From Antechinus flavipes (Eukaryota): 64,000 nt of DNA. The notes below the pieces were generated by a model. That model did no database searches. It was not told the DNA's origin and worked only from the letters and a program-made list of their open reading frames with translations. A program made the translations under genes and the position numbers. Each line of letters begins with the position of its first letter. Position 1 is the first letter of the stretch. The stretch lies in the NCBI RefSeq assembly GCF_016432865.1, contig NC_067401.1, positions 64,790,001 to 64,854,000 of the forward strand, given 5' to 3'. Positions 25,290-35,900 of this stretch are shown here, in pieces.

Positions 25290-25650
25290 TGGCTAAGGAA
25301 CTTAAAACCATATTCTATGAAATCTGGTTTAAGGAAATAAGCTTCTTTTGCATGGGGAAGAGAAGTTTTGGATTAAAGGGAAGGGGAAAAAATGGGGATA
25401 TGATAGCTGTCCTCAAGTGTTTGAAGGGATATGTGAAAGAGAAATTGAACTTTGGGAGGATTTTTTTCCTTGTTTGAGCTTGGATTTTTTTTTTTTTTGC
25501 TTGTTTGCTTGTTTTACTTTAGGTTTTACCCAAGAGAGCAGAACCAAAAGAAATGGATGAAAATTACAAAGGGGCAGATTTCTGTTCTATGTAAGAGAAA
25601 AGAGAATTCCTAAAGTGGAATGTGCTGCCTCAGCATAGTTCCCCATCAAT
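25290..25650 (+). mobile_element. CR1/L3 3' fragment
   Basis: ggggatatgatagctgtcctcaagtgtttgaaggga...gagcagaaccaaaagaaatggatgaaaattacaaag...agtggaatgtgctgcctc. Confidence 0.75.
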
Positions 25651-26369
25651 AGTACACATCCCTTTTCACTTGGAGAATTTAGGATTTTAACTTATCCATT
25701 TATGAACCCCTAAACATTGATGTTGATAGCAAACCAATTGATATAAGTTTAGAAGAAAATGGAGAAAAGACAAGTCTCCTTTGATGAAGAGTGGAGAATA
25801 GAACAACACAGATCTCCAGGCATATATTCATTGATACTGCTGACACATCCATTCCAGGGGAGTAAAAGTATTAATATCATCATTTTTCATATTTAAAAAA
25901 AAAACTTGTGGAAAATAAGGTTCCCAAAGAGAGAAATAAGTGATCAAATTACTAACTCCCAATCTTAACCTTACTATATTTCATCTTCAGTCACTCTCTG
26001 GTTTTTATTCATTCATTCATTCAACATTTATTCTATCACAAGGTAGTAAGCATTTATATAAAAAGTCTGTACCAGTACTGGTCAGGCATATTGTTATCAG
26101 GGAAGTTATAAGCCAGCCCAAGGTGACCATCTACACCACAGAGGAGTGTCATTTTTTACTGACAGTGAAAGAAAAACTCTTTTCATTACCTGGGATAAAT
26201 GACCCATCTTAGATACATCCAATGTCTAAGGCAAGTCCATGAAATTTTCTTGACTTCAGTTTCATTATCTGTAAAATAAAAGTATGGGACCCAGTGGACA
26301 AATATGTCTCTTCCAACTCTTAAGTCCTTGGTCTGAAACATTAAACCTTTAAGGAGTATTAATACTCTA

Positions 26370-26790
26370 TTATTTGCATCTTATCCTATTTGTAGCTCAT
26401 TTGTACATAATTTTCTTACATGTTCTGTGCCCCCATTAGATGACATGACCTTGAAATCAGGTACTCTCATTTGTCTTCCTTTACATCCCCAACATTGAGT
26501 ACAGTGCCTGGCACTTAGTAGGTGCTAAATAAATGTTTATTGACTTGACCAACAATGAAAATAATAATAGCAAGCATTTTCATAACACTTTGCATCGTAT
26601 TTGTTTTGATCCTCACAACAACCCTGTGAGATAGGTACAATTATCATCCCTATTTACAGTTGAGGCTAAGAGAATTTAAGTATCTTACCTAGGATTGAAC
26701 AACTCATAAATATCTGAGGCAGGATTTGAATTCCCATCTTTTTGACTCTAAATCCAAAGCTGATACCATCCATTGTGCCATTAGCTACCT
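26370..26790. mobile_element. L2 3' end (plus, 26370-26550) followed by MIR (minus, 26560-26790)
   Basis: ccccattagat...cagtgcctggcacttagtaggtgctaaataaatgtttattgacttga; then gatcctcacaacaaccctgtgagataggt...gaggcaggatttgaa. Confidence 0.8.
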
Positions 26791-27848
26791 CTACAATCTG
26801 GTATTTCATCAATGTGGGTACTCCTCCCAAAATTACAGTCCAATCATGCTTGCCTATTCTCTATAACTCTTATTCATGCCTTCCCTTTAAATTCCCTACA
26901 AGGGGTTCAACCATATAATAGAGGCCTTTCTCAAGTTCTTTTGCCATCTCCAGGATTATTCCTTTAAAGAGTAGGTCAAGTTCAAAAACTCTGCTGTTTT
27001 CTGTTGCTAAGTGCCCAGCCTGCCTTGTGAGTGATCCTAAAACAGGAGGAGGTTTTTGAGTTATTTCCTCCCAGGTACATAGGAACTTAAAAGTTTTCCA
27101 AAAAACAAAAACAAAACAAAAAACCTACTACATTTGTTGGCCATTAGGGTTATTAGGAATCAAAGGCAGTTTCCTCTTAAAAAATGAGGCTCTTCATGTA
27201 TCAGCCAGGTCCGTGAGTCAGATGACCTTCCTCCTTGCTATCATCACCAGACCAGCCTCCAGACACAAAATACTCCCTCAAGAATTTACCAAGAAATAGT
27301 GAATGGGTTCAATGCCAAAGTCTGGAGAAACATCCAGCTTTTTCAGAGCACTTATTGAAACATAAACTTGACTCTATTCTGATGACAAATTGAGAAAACT
27401 ATAGCACAGCCCATGTGTCTTTTTTATTTTCTTCTTTTTATTATTATTCTAAAGTCAGGCTAACAATAGTGCAGTTATAAACAATCATACAAATGCATTC
27501 ACTGAAAACTGGAGACAACCTGCCCCAGAGGAACAAAATATCATCTGGGATCCTGTGTTGAATATATCTTCAGAAAACTGTGTTTTAAGTGATTTTCTTT
27601 CCCTTTTCCCTCCTATGCTTTATTCTCCACTGGGAGCACTGGGGCATTGTCCATTTTAATTTAACATTTTGAGGAGAGACACGCCTCACTCACCATAAAA
27701 TGGGAAGTAACATCACTTGAAAATTCTTAAGATTATAAATTGCGTGGCTTTCACATTTTCTAGCATTAGTTCTATTCGCTTCCCTTCCCCCTTCCTTTGC
27801 CTCCCCTGCCCTAGGGAGCTTTAATATAGATCTCTGCAGTATTCTCTC

Positions 27849-28412
27849 NNNNNNNNNNNNNNNNNNNNNNNNNNNNNNNNNNNNNNNNNNNNNNNNNNNN
27901 NNNNNNNNNNNNNNNNNNNNNNNNNNNNNNNNNNNNNNNNNNNNNNNNNNNNNNNNNNNNNNNNNNNNNNNNNNNNNNNNNNNNNNNNNNNNNNNNNNNN
28001 NNNNNNNNNNNNNNNNNNNNNNNNNNNNNNNNNNNNNNNNNNNNNNNNNNNNNNNNNNNNNNNNNNNNNNNNNNNNNNNNNNNNNNNNNNNNNNNNNNNN
28101 NNNNNNNNNNNNNNNNNNNNNNNNNNNNNNNNNNNNNNNNNNNNNNNNNNNNNNNNNNNNNNNNNNNNNNNNNNNNNNNNNNNNNNNNNNNNNNNNNNNN
28201 NNNNNNNNNNNNNNNNNNNNNNNNNNNNNNNNNNNNNNNNNNNNNNNNNNNNNNNNNNNNNNNNNNNNNNNNNNNNNNNNNNNNNNNNNNNNNNNNNNNN
28301 NNNNNNNNNNNNNNNNNNNNNNNNNNNNNNNNNNNNNNNNNNNNNNNNNNNNNNNNNNNNNNNNNNNNNNNNNNNNNNNNNNNNNNNNNNNNNNNNNNNN
28401 NNNNNNNNNNNN
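27849..28412. other. Assembly gap (N run)
   Basis: 564 N. Confidence 1.
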
Positions 28413-28479
28413 TCCAAGAGTGGTAGGTCTAAACATTAAAAACAAATATTCTGGGAAATTGAAAATGAGATCGAGACCC

Positions 28480-28860
28480 AGTCTAATTCAAAAAGCATTT
28501 TTAAGTGCTTGCTATGTAAAAGGCATTGTACTAGGTAGTGGAGATACAAAGACAAAAAAAAAATTGGCAGTTTTCCTCAAGGAACTTACATTCTACTAAG
28601 AATATACAGTATGTATAAGGCTAAGTAAATATGAATTATATATGAAATACTTTCAAGGAAGATGAAAGCACTAGCAAATAGGAAGATCAGAAAAGAATCA
28701 GATAGGAGATAGAACCTGAACTATTTGATGGAAGGCAAGAATTCTAAGAGAAAAACATTCCAAGTATAAAGGAGAAATCATGTAAATGCACATAAGCAAG
28801 AAATAAAATGAAATGTTGTGATATTTTTACAAATAATGAAGGTTAGCTGGAATGTAGAAA
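28480..28860 (-). mobile_element. L2 3' end
   Basis: aattcaaaaagcatttttaagtgcttgctatg...aaggaacttacattctac. Confidence 0.7.
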
Positions 28861-31591
28861 GCTTGAAAAGGAACACTGGACATCTAATTTGTGTGATAAT
28901 GCAACTTGGGCCATATTGAAATCATTACTATACTCTGTTTTCAGAAAGTTTTTTTCACAACAAATTAAAGAAGATTATTAAAAGAGCAAACTGTTTCTAA
29001 AAATTTTAGCACATTTTGTATATAATCCACAGTCCCCAAAATTTAACTTTACATGAACCAAGTCAGATTTTAGAGGCAGGCCCAAAGGGTTTATATTTCT
29101 TCTCTACACCCTGCTCAAAGTTCATTCTACTATATCCTTCTCTACCTAGGAGAGAAGGCTTCATTGGAAAGGAAGCAAGAAATAAAGATGGTTTCCCCCT
29201 TTTTGCCAAGAAAAGATAAAGAAATTTTTGTGGTATTTAAAACTTGGACTTAGAACTAAGTCCATGAAAAACTAGAACAAAAAGAGGGAGTCAGCTAGAG
29301 AGGGAGGAAGCATTGAAGTCTCATCTCTAGGGCAATAACAGCAGAGCACAAGGGGGAAAGAGAGAGAGAGAGAGATGCTAAAAAAAAAAAAAAAATTAAT
29401 TAATAATTGATTTTTTTTAAAATAGCCCAGAAAATATGGAGACAAAGGTGGCAGAATGTCACAAGTTTCATCCAGTAGAGGCAATCCAGCAGTAGTAACT
29501 AGAAAGGGACATGAGTTCCAAGTATGATGAATACTTCAGCCATGGAATCCAAGCCTACATAGAGTGCTCTCCCCACTGTCCTATTTTAACTTCTCTTTCT
29601 GCCTCAGTCTATTTAAACAGAACTGATAAAATACAAGTACTTTCTATTTTCCTATCATTCATCATTCAGATGGTAGTTCGAAATCCTGATTCTCTTTTAA
29701 TAAATTAGTCTGTTCTTATTATCTATGGCATGTCATTATTTGTGATCATAGTATACATGGGGAGACAATCCTGATGGATTTCTTATATTTACTAGAATAT
29801 ATTACTAAAATATAACCTTCTAGTTCTTTTGGGGGAAAGAAAGGGTTATAAAAGACAACCTCAAAGGGGCAGGGGGTGGGGAGGGTTGAGCTACTATTTA
29901 GGTATTAAAAAACGATTCCATAACTCCCAACAAGTAGAACCTTTAAAAAAAAAAAAGTGAAGAATTTAGTGGTTGAGTTGTGACTCACCTGACAACTAGG
30001 ACTCTTTGTTATTATGCCTAAATATCCTTCTCTGCTTACCAAAAGCTTGTCCAGCAGGTATAGATGGACATGGTCTATAAGAGTCTTGCTTCTGCCAGCT
30101 TAGAGTTGGGAGGGGAAGGTATGGAAGAGCACAGATACTCTGCATCTATATTTGCTGGTACTTGCACTGGGAAAGCTTCATACATACATTATGTAGAACT
30201 CATATCTAGGCTTTCACAAATGTGAACAATAAGCTTTTGTTACTGTTGTTTGGTATTTTTAATTGTGTCCTACTCACTGTGACCCATTTGGAGTCATAGC
30301 ATGGTTTTTAGTCCCTCCAGATCTAAATGCATAAAACTCTTCCCTCATCAAATATATCCTGTTCAGGAATTTCCCTTTTCTTTGTAATAAACCAAAAATC
30401 CTGACTCTTTAAATTATGGTGTTTTTTTTTTTTCAGCACAATCCCCAGGGCTGAAAATGTCCAAGAAATTCCCCCTTTTCTGACCAGAAATCTAAATTCC
30501 AGCGTCATGCCATATATGAAATCCCCTTCAATAAGTAGGAGGGGAGAATTCAGGAATGAGATTATTCATGGACTTCCTTTTGGAGCTACATGGGTGAGTA
30601 CATGCTATTCCATGTATCTCTTTCGTTCCTTAACTCAAGTACTCTTTTCTCCTCACACATAGCACTATTTCTTCTGTCTTGAGACCTCAGCCCTGGCCTA
30701 ACCTACATAATTGGAATTCATTCCCTCCTCACTCACAAAGTCTCTATCTTCCTTTCAGGTACATCTTTGAAACTGTCTCAATTATGAAACTTTTCCTGAT
30801 CCCTTCAATTGCTAATGCCCTCCAACATACACACAACATCTCAGATTTAAGTGCTTTGTGGTAGTGGGGTGTTTGTGGGTGTGGGTGTTTGTGTACACAT
30901 GAATACAGGATGTCCCAAATGTTTAGTGCAGCTTTAAGCTTACTTAAACTTTCTATAAATGTTATATTTATGTAGTATGTATTTATATATACTTATTGTC
31001 TCTCTCATTAACATGTAAAATCATTAAAAATAGGAATTTATTCATCATCCTTTGTACTTCTATCTTCAGTACCAAACCCAATACCCTGGAATGTAATTGT
31101 TATCATTTAGTAATTTCAGTTCTAATCATTCTTCATGATCCCATTTGGAGTTTTCTTAGCAAAGATATTGGAGTGCCAGTTTCTTCTCCAGTTTGCCATT
31201 TTCTTCTCTTGGAACATAATAGATGGTGGATTTTCCAGAATAATCTTCTATTGTGCCAGATATTAATAGCTTTAACTTAATGCAGGTTTCTGGTGATAGA
31301 ATTAAAGATTAAATGTGGAATAGACTTTAAAGGCCAATGAGCCTAATCCCATCATTTAACAGATGAGCCACAATACTGAGAGAGGTTAAGTAATTTGCCC
31401 AGAGTCACACAGCTCATAATTGTCTATGGTCACATTTGAACTTGGATCTTCCTGATTCCAAATCCAACACTCAAGCCACTATGTCATCTAATTGCTTTCA
31501 GATCTATGCTCAGAAAGGAGCCAGGGAGAAGAGGATGAGAAAGGTTAAACAATGACTCATGTGAAAAAAAAAAAATTGAGGCTTCAAAGAG

Positions 31592-31751
31592 CAATGATTC
31601 TTAAAGTGTGATTCAGGGACCTTTAAGGATCCCCAAAACCTTTTTAGGGGGTCCACTAGTCAAAACTATTTTCACATTAAGACATTTTAATTTCTAATAT
31701 AGTAGATATTAATAGATGTGATCCACTGAGATAAAGCAGTTTGAGTCACTG
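31592..31751. mobile_element. Degenerate hAT-like MITE
   Basis: Imperfect TIRs caatgattcttaaa / tttgagtcactg; the interior resembles the 21525 MITE. TSD unclear. Confidence 0.5.
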
Positions 31752-31789
31752 TTTTAAAGGATTTTAAGTTCTCAATGAATCAACATCAT

Positions 31790-32340
31790 ATCTCAGCATT
31801 TTAAGATGTGGATGCAAATCTGAAGCTGCACTAAGAGAGGCAGTGTCAGGTTCAGGCGTGCTCTACTCTGATAATGCTACATCTGAAGTATGATGTGCAG
31901 GACTGAATGTTCCATTTTTTGAAGGACACTGATAAACTGGAACATATCCAGAGGAGAGTTCACTGGGCTGTGAGAGGACTAGAAGCCATTTTATATAAGA
32001 ATAATAGGTGATAGATGGAACTGTTTAGCCTGAAGAAGAGAAGACTTAGTGGGGACTTAATAACTGCTATGTAAATGAAGAATTACACACGCTTTGCTTA
32101 GACACAGGTGAAACCAGGAATGTTAAAAGGAAGTTGGAGAGAGACAGATTTAAGCTTGAAAGAAGGAAAAAATTCCTTACAAATAGAGCCATCCAAAAAT
32201 GCAATGGGCTGCCTCTAGCAGTAGTTACTTCTTACCAGAAGGTCTTTAGGCAAAAGTTGAAGGATCATTTGTTAGACTACTAGACCGGGGATTTCCCACT
32301 CCAGCACCGGTTGAACTAAATTATTGAAATCCCTTCCAAC
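31790..32340 (+). mobile_element. CR1/L3 LINE 3' region
   Basis: aggacactgataaactggaacatatccagaggag...gtttagcctgaagaagagaagacttagtggggac...aatgcaatgggctgcct...ccttccaactc. Confidence 0.85.
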
Positions 32341-32824
32341 TCGAAGATCATTGGAAGCATCCAAGCCAGGATTTGAACTGTGTCTCCTAACTGCAAAGTA
32401 GTGAAATTGTCATTTTGTATGCATCCTACATATTGCATTATGTAATACTGTTGCAGTATATCTGATCTTACTAACAATTTCAGAACTTCAAGTATGAGGG
32501 TTGATTCTTATGTCTATAGGTTCAAAAAAGCAATATAGAAAATTGTAGTCATCACTACTCTGACCCTTCTTTTGAATTCCCAGATCATAAGATCATAAAT
32601 TTAGAGTTGGGAGATTCTTTACAAATCATTCCCCTTTTTTAACAGATGAAAAATCTGAGTCTCAGAGAAGTTGAAGTAATATTTGCACATTGATGAGGAA
32701 ACTGAAGCTCAGGAAAAATTAATTTTTTTTTGCATGTTAAAGGATTCATTATAAAGGAAATAAGTAGGGAGCACAGTATTTGAATCCATTCCTCTATCTC
32801 CAGGGCTCTTTCCACTTTTAAACT

Positions 32825-33050
32825 TAATTGTTATTCATTTGTTTCAGTCATTTATGTTTCCATTTGAAGTTTTCTTGGCAAAGCTACTGGAAAATTTTGC
32901 CGTTTCCTTCCTCATTTGACAGATGAGAAAAGTTAAGGGACTTGCCCAATGTTATACAGCTAGTTAGTATCTGAGGCTAGATTCGAACTCATGAAGATGT
33001 CTCCCTGACTTCAGATCCAGCCCTCCATGCACTGAACCATCTAGCTATCT
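32825..33050 (-). mobile_element. MAR1-type SINE
   Basis: ttcatttgtttcagtc...ttttcttggcaaag...gaggctagattcgaactc...gaaccatctagct. Confidence 0.85.
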
Positions 33051-33291
33051 ACTTACTATACCGGGCAAAATTTCTGGCATTGCTTCAATCAAAGTTCTTG
33101 AAAGGCAAATAGAGGCAGGGAAGCAGGCAGAGGGCTACATATTTTGTGCTTTGAATGCTTTGAAACTTTCCCCTTCTTTTGAATAGAGGGGTAGGACCCT
33201 CCATTCCAGAGCCAGGTGGTTTTTGGCATTGGCTATCAATACTTTAGTTTGAGGGAGGGGATGTTGATAGTTTTTGGTTATTTGTTTGGGT

Positions 33292-33293
33292 TT

Positions 33294-33349
<56 letters not shown>

Positions 33350-33362
33350 ATTGTTGTTGTTG
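33292..33362. repeat. (TTG)n microsatellite with one TTA interruption
   Basis: Direct reading. Confidence 0.97.
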
Positions 33363-33596
33363 TTTCGGGGAGTAGGGGAATTGCTAACAATGGAAACAGC
33401 CTCTGAAATAGTTTTAGTGAGCATTAGAGAGAAGGAGGACTAGAGAAAAAGGACGTGGAAGAAAAGTCACCCGTAAGGTGACTGGAATATCAATAAGAAA
33501 TAGGGTAGGAGAAAGGAAGGCATCCTAGGCGGGATGGGGCTGGGTAGGGTGGGGACCCGAGGCCGTAGAAGGCACCGGGGAGACATCTGGAGCTCA

Positions 33597-33606
33597 CTCA
33601 TTGGCT
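33597..33606 (-). promoter_or_regulatory. NF-Y CCAAT box
   Basis: AGCCAATGAG matches RRCCAATSRS and lies in the CpG island. Confidence 0.5.
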
Positions 33607-33988
33607 ATGGACACACCAAAACACTCCAAGAGAACAAAGGAGAACGCTTCAGCCCGCCAAGCAACCCCTATATCTCGCCGCCCCCAACGCAGCGCCTGTC
33701 AACGAGAATCTACTCGAACAAATAAAGAACAATTGAAAGGAGAAAAACAGCAGCTCGTAAATCAAATCCGAGCTGCTGGGAACGAAAGAAGCCCAGAGGC
33801 GCCGTCACCAGCTTGCGCTGCCGCGGGGACCTGCACGACCGCTGCTCTGCCTTTCGGCCAGCTTAATAAAGCAGCTTTGGGTGACCTCTTCGATGCGTTT
33901 AGAAATTACTTGGGTAACGCATAAAAAACTTACTGCCTTAGGTGTGCAAGCATAGGACACGGCAGCGGGAAATCAAAGACAAGTGAAC

Positions 33989-34007
33989 CTGCGCCCTCTG
34001 TTGGCAT
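33989..34007 (-). promoter_or_regulatory. CTCF core motif (reverse orientation)
   Basis: ATGCCAACAGAGGGCGCAG versus consensus TGGCCACCAGGGGGCGCTA. Confidence 0.65.
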
Positions 34008-34289
34008 AAACTGAAACAGACAAGGAGCGTATCTCTTCTCCGTACTGGGGAAAACCGCAAAGGAACTTAAATCTTTATACTCAAGCTGAGAATTTCAGCG
34101 CTGAACGGGATCTCGGAGACCATTATAGACCACACATGTAGCTCTTTTCACAGGGGTAAAATCAGAAGCCAAGAAAGATCTTGAGATCTTGGATTTGTGT
34201 ACATCAAGCTTTAGATCCAGTACTTACTGAGATGAAAATGGGATAGAAACTTGATGTTTTATCTAACTTTATGTCATGAAAATTTGGTT

Positions 34290-34560
34290 TCAAGTCTCAC
34301 TTCTAACACATATAGTAACTAGTGGTTCAATGATTAGATTCTGGGACCAAGAGTCAGAAAGACCTGAGTTCAAATAACTCAGCCTCTTGCTAGCTAAGTG
34401 ACTTAGGCAAATTTGCTTCAGTTTCCTCAACTGTAAAGTGGGGATAATAATAGCATCTATATTGAAGGATTGGAATAAAGATCAAATGAGATAACACTTG
34501 TAAAAGTATTTAATAGAGTGCCTGGTATGTATAGGGGTATGAATTGCTTATTCACTCCTT
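34290..34560 (+). mobile_element. MIR SINE(s)
   Basis: gagtcagaaagacctgagttcaaat...cagtttcctcaactgtaaagtggggataataatagc...gagtgcctgg. Confidence 0.8.
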
Positions 34561-35299
34561 TCCAACCCCAATCCCTTATGCTGAACAAGTATTTGGGTAG
34601 GAAACAGCACTCTAAAGCTAAAAATGGAAGTATTGGTGACAATCTGCATTGTTAGAAGGAGTTTCTTCATTTGGAAATTACTTTTACCAACACAATCAAT
34701 AAATTAAGAATAGTGATGAGACTAAATCTATCCCAGTGTTTTAATTAATATTCTGAGGTTTGCAATGTATGAATGGAAGGGATAAACATTAGAGAGGGTA
34801 TGGACAGAAGAGTTGAGGAAATCTTGGAGCAAAATAAGAGAAATTAAAGCAATCTTCACAATAAAAACTGACAACTGTAATACATAATTTCCTATGTAAT
34901 ATTTTAAAGGTAGAAATATCTTCACAGAAGGAGTAATAGCTTACAAGTCATAGTGACCCTTAGAAATCATAACTTTCATAGCTCATTTGAAGCAAACATA
35001 ATTCTATTATAAATACAATCCAATTCAACAAGCATTTTCAAAATCCCTGCAAAACACAATGTTAGGCACTGAGATACATTGAAAAAAAATAGTTTTTTGC
35101 CCTTAAAAAGTTTATTCTATTGCTAGATTCAACTTATAAAAGATGGATATGTACATAATTGGAGGAAAGACAAAGCACTATTAATTTGGGAGATTAGGGA
35201 AAAGTTCCAAGAGAAGACAGCATGTGAACTGAGCCTTGAAGGAAACTAGAAATTTTAAGTAGTAGTGAAGGAGAAGTTTTCAATAAGGGAAGAAAACTT

Positions 35300-35712
35300 A
35301 TATAGCAGCACAAAGATAAAAGATACTTATATGAAAAGATGAAATATGACATCACTAAATTACATGGACCAACTACATTTACATATGGCATTTGCAAAGT
35401 TTAAATATCAACTCATCATCTCAATATTAAACAGCAATACAAGACTACAATCCAAAAACATGGCTCACGGCAAGACAACCTGGCAAGGGAGACCTGGGGG
35501 AGGAGTGGGGGGAGGAAAGAAAATTAGAGAAAAAGATTCTGAAGATTCTGATTTAGAAGACCAATTTAATAATAACAATTATATAAAGACAAACAACTTT
35601 GATAGACTCAAGAATACAAATCAACACAATGATCAACCATGATTTCAGAGGACTAATTACAAAGCATGTTCTCTAGTTTCTGACAGAGTGGTAATAGACT
35701 CGAGGCAAGATG

Positions 35713-35744
<32 letters not shown>

Positions 35745-35900
35745 GTGTGTGTGTGTTTATATGATCAATGATGGAATTTGTTTTCCTTGGCTAAATATAT
35801 TTGTTATAAGGGGTTTGTTTTTGTTTTTGTTTGTTTGGTAGAAATTGATAAAAGATAGAAAATATACAATTTCTAAAATTAAAAAACAAATTTAAAATTA
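35300..35900 (+). mobile_element. Ancient L1 3' fragment with (TG)n at 35714-35756
   Basis: ctcaagaatacaaatcaacacaatgatcaaccatgatttcagaggacta...gacagagtggtaatagactc...atggaatttgttttccttggcta. Confidence 0.65.

Larger units (their letters stand above)
33520..34120. promoter_or_regulatory. CpG-island-like promoter or enhancer candidate
   Basis: About 35 CpGs in ~590 bp by manual count, against a background of a few per kb. GC-box-like sequences, CCAAT, CTCF, RUNX, TCF and HOX motifs. Not a recognisable repeat. Confidence 0.75.

Noticed and set aside
27703-27725. MLLPIL.. signal-peptide-like start before TG|GTGAGT (minus)
   Set aside because: Too short, weak acceptor, and the upstream context is hidden by a gap; consistent with chance.
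27690-28445. Long ORFs spanning N runs (also 6808-7071, 52695-53013, 55455-56109)
   Set aside because: Artefacts of translating assembly gaps.
33216-33443. Poly-leucine ORF resembling a signal or transmembrane peptide, and possible poly-Q on the minus strand
   Set aside because: Both come from the (TTG)n microsatellite, and the TTA interruption puts a stop in the minus-strand CAA frame.
33743-33778. Rho-independent terminator interpretation of the stem plus U5
   Set aside because: The DNA is mammalian and there is no bacterial context; it is kept only as an RNA-structure or Pol III-end candidate.
33841-33875. Hammerhead ribozyme (GCC-GAAA-GGC resembles stem II)
   Set aside because: The CUGANGA core and the following GAAA/UH cleavage elements are absent.
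33601-33924. 107-aa plus-strand ORF (MAMDTPKHSK...) with a good Kozak context
   Set aside because: It lies in GC-rich island sequence where stops are rare, its ATG overlaps the CCAAT box (so probably upstream of any TSS), and it has no recognisable homology.
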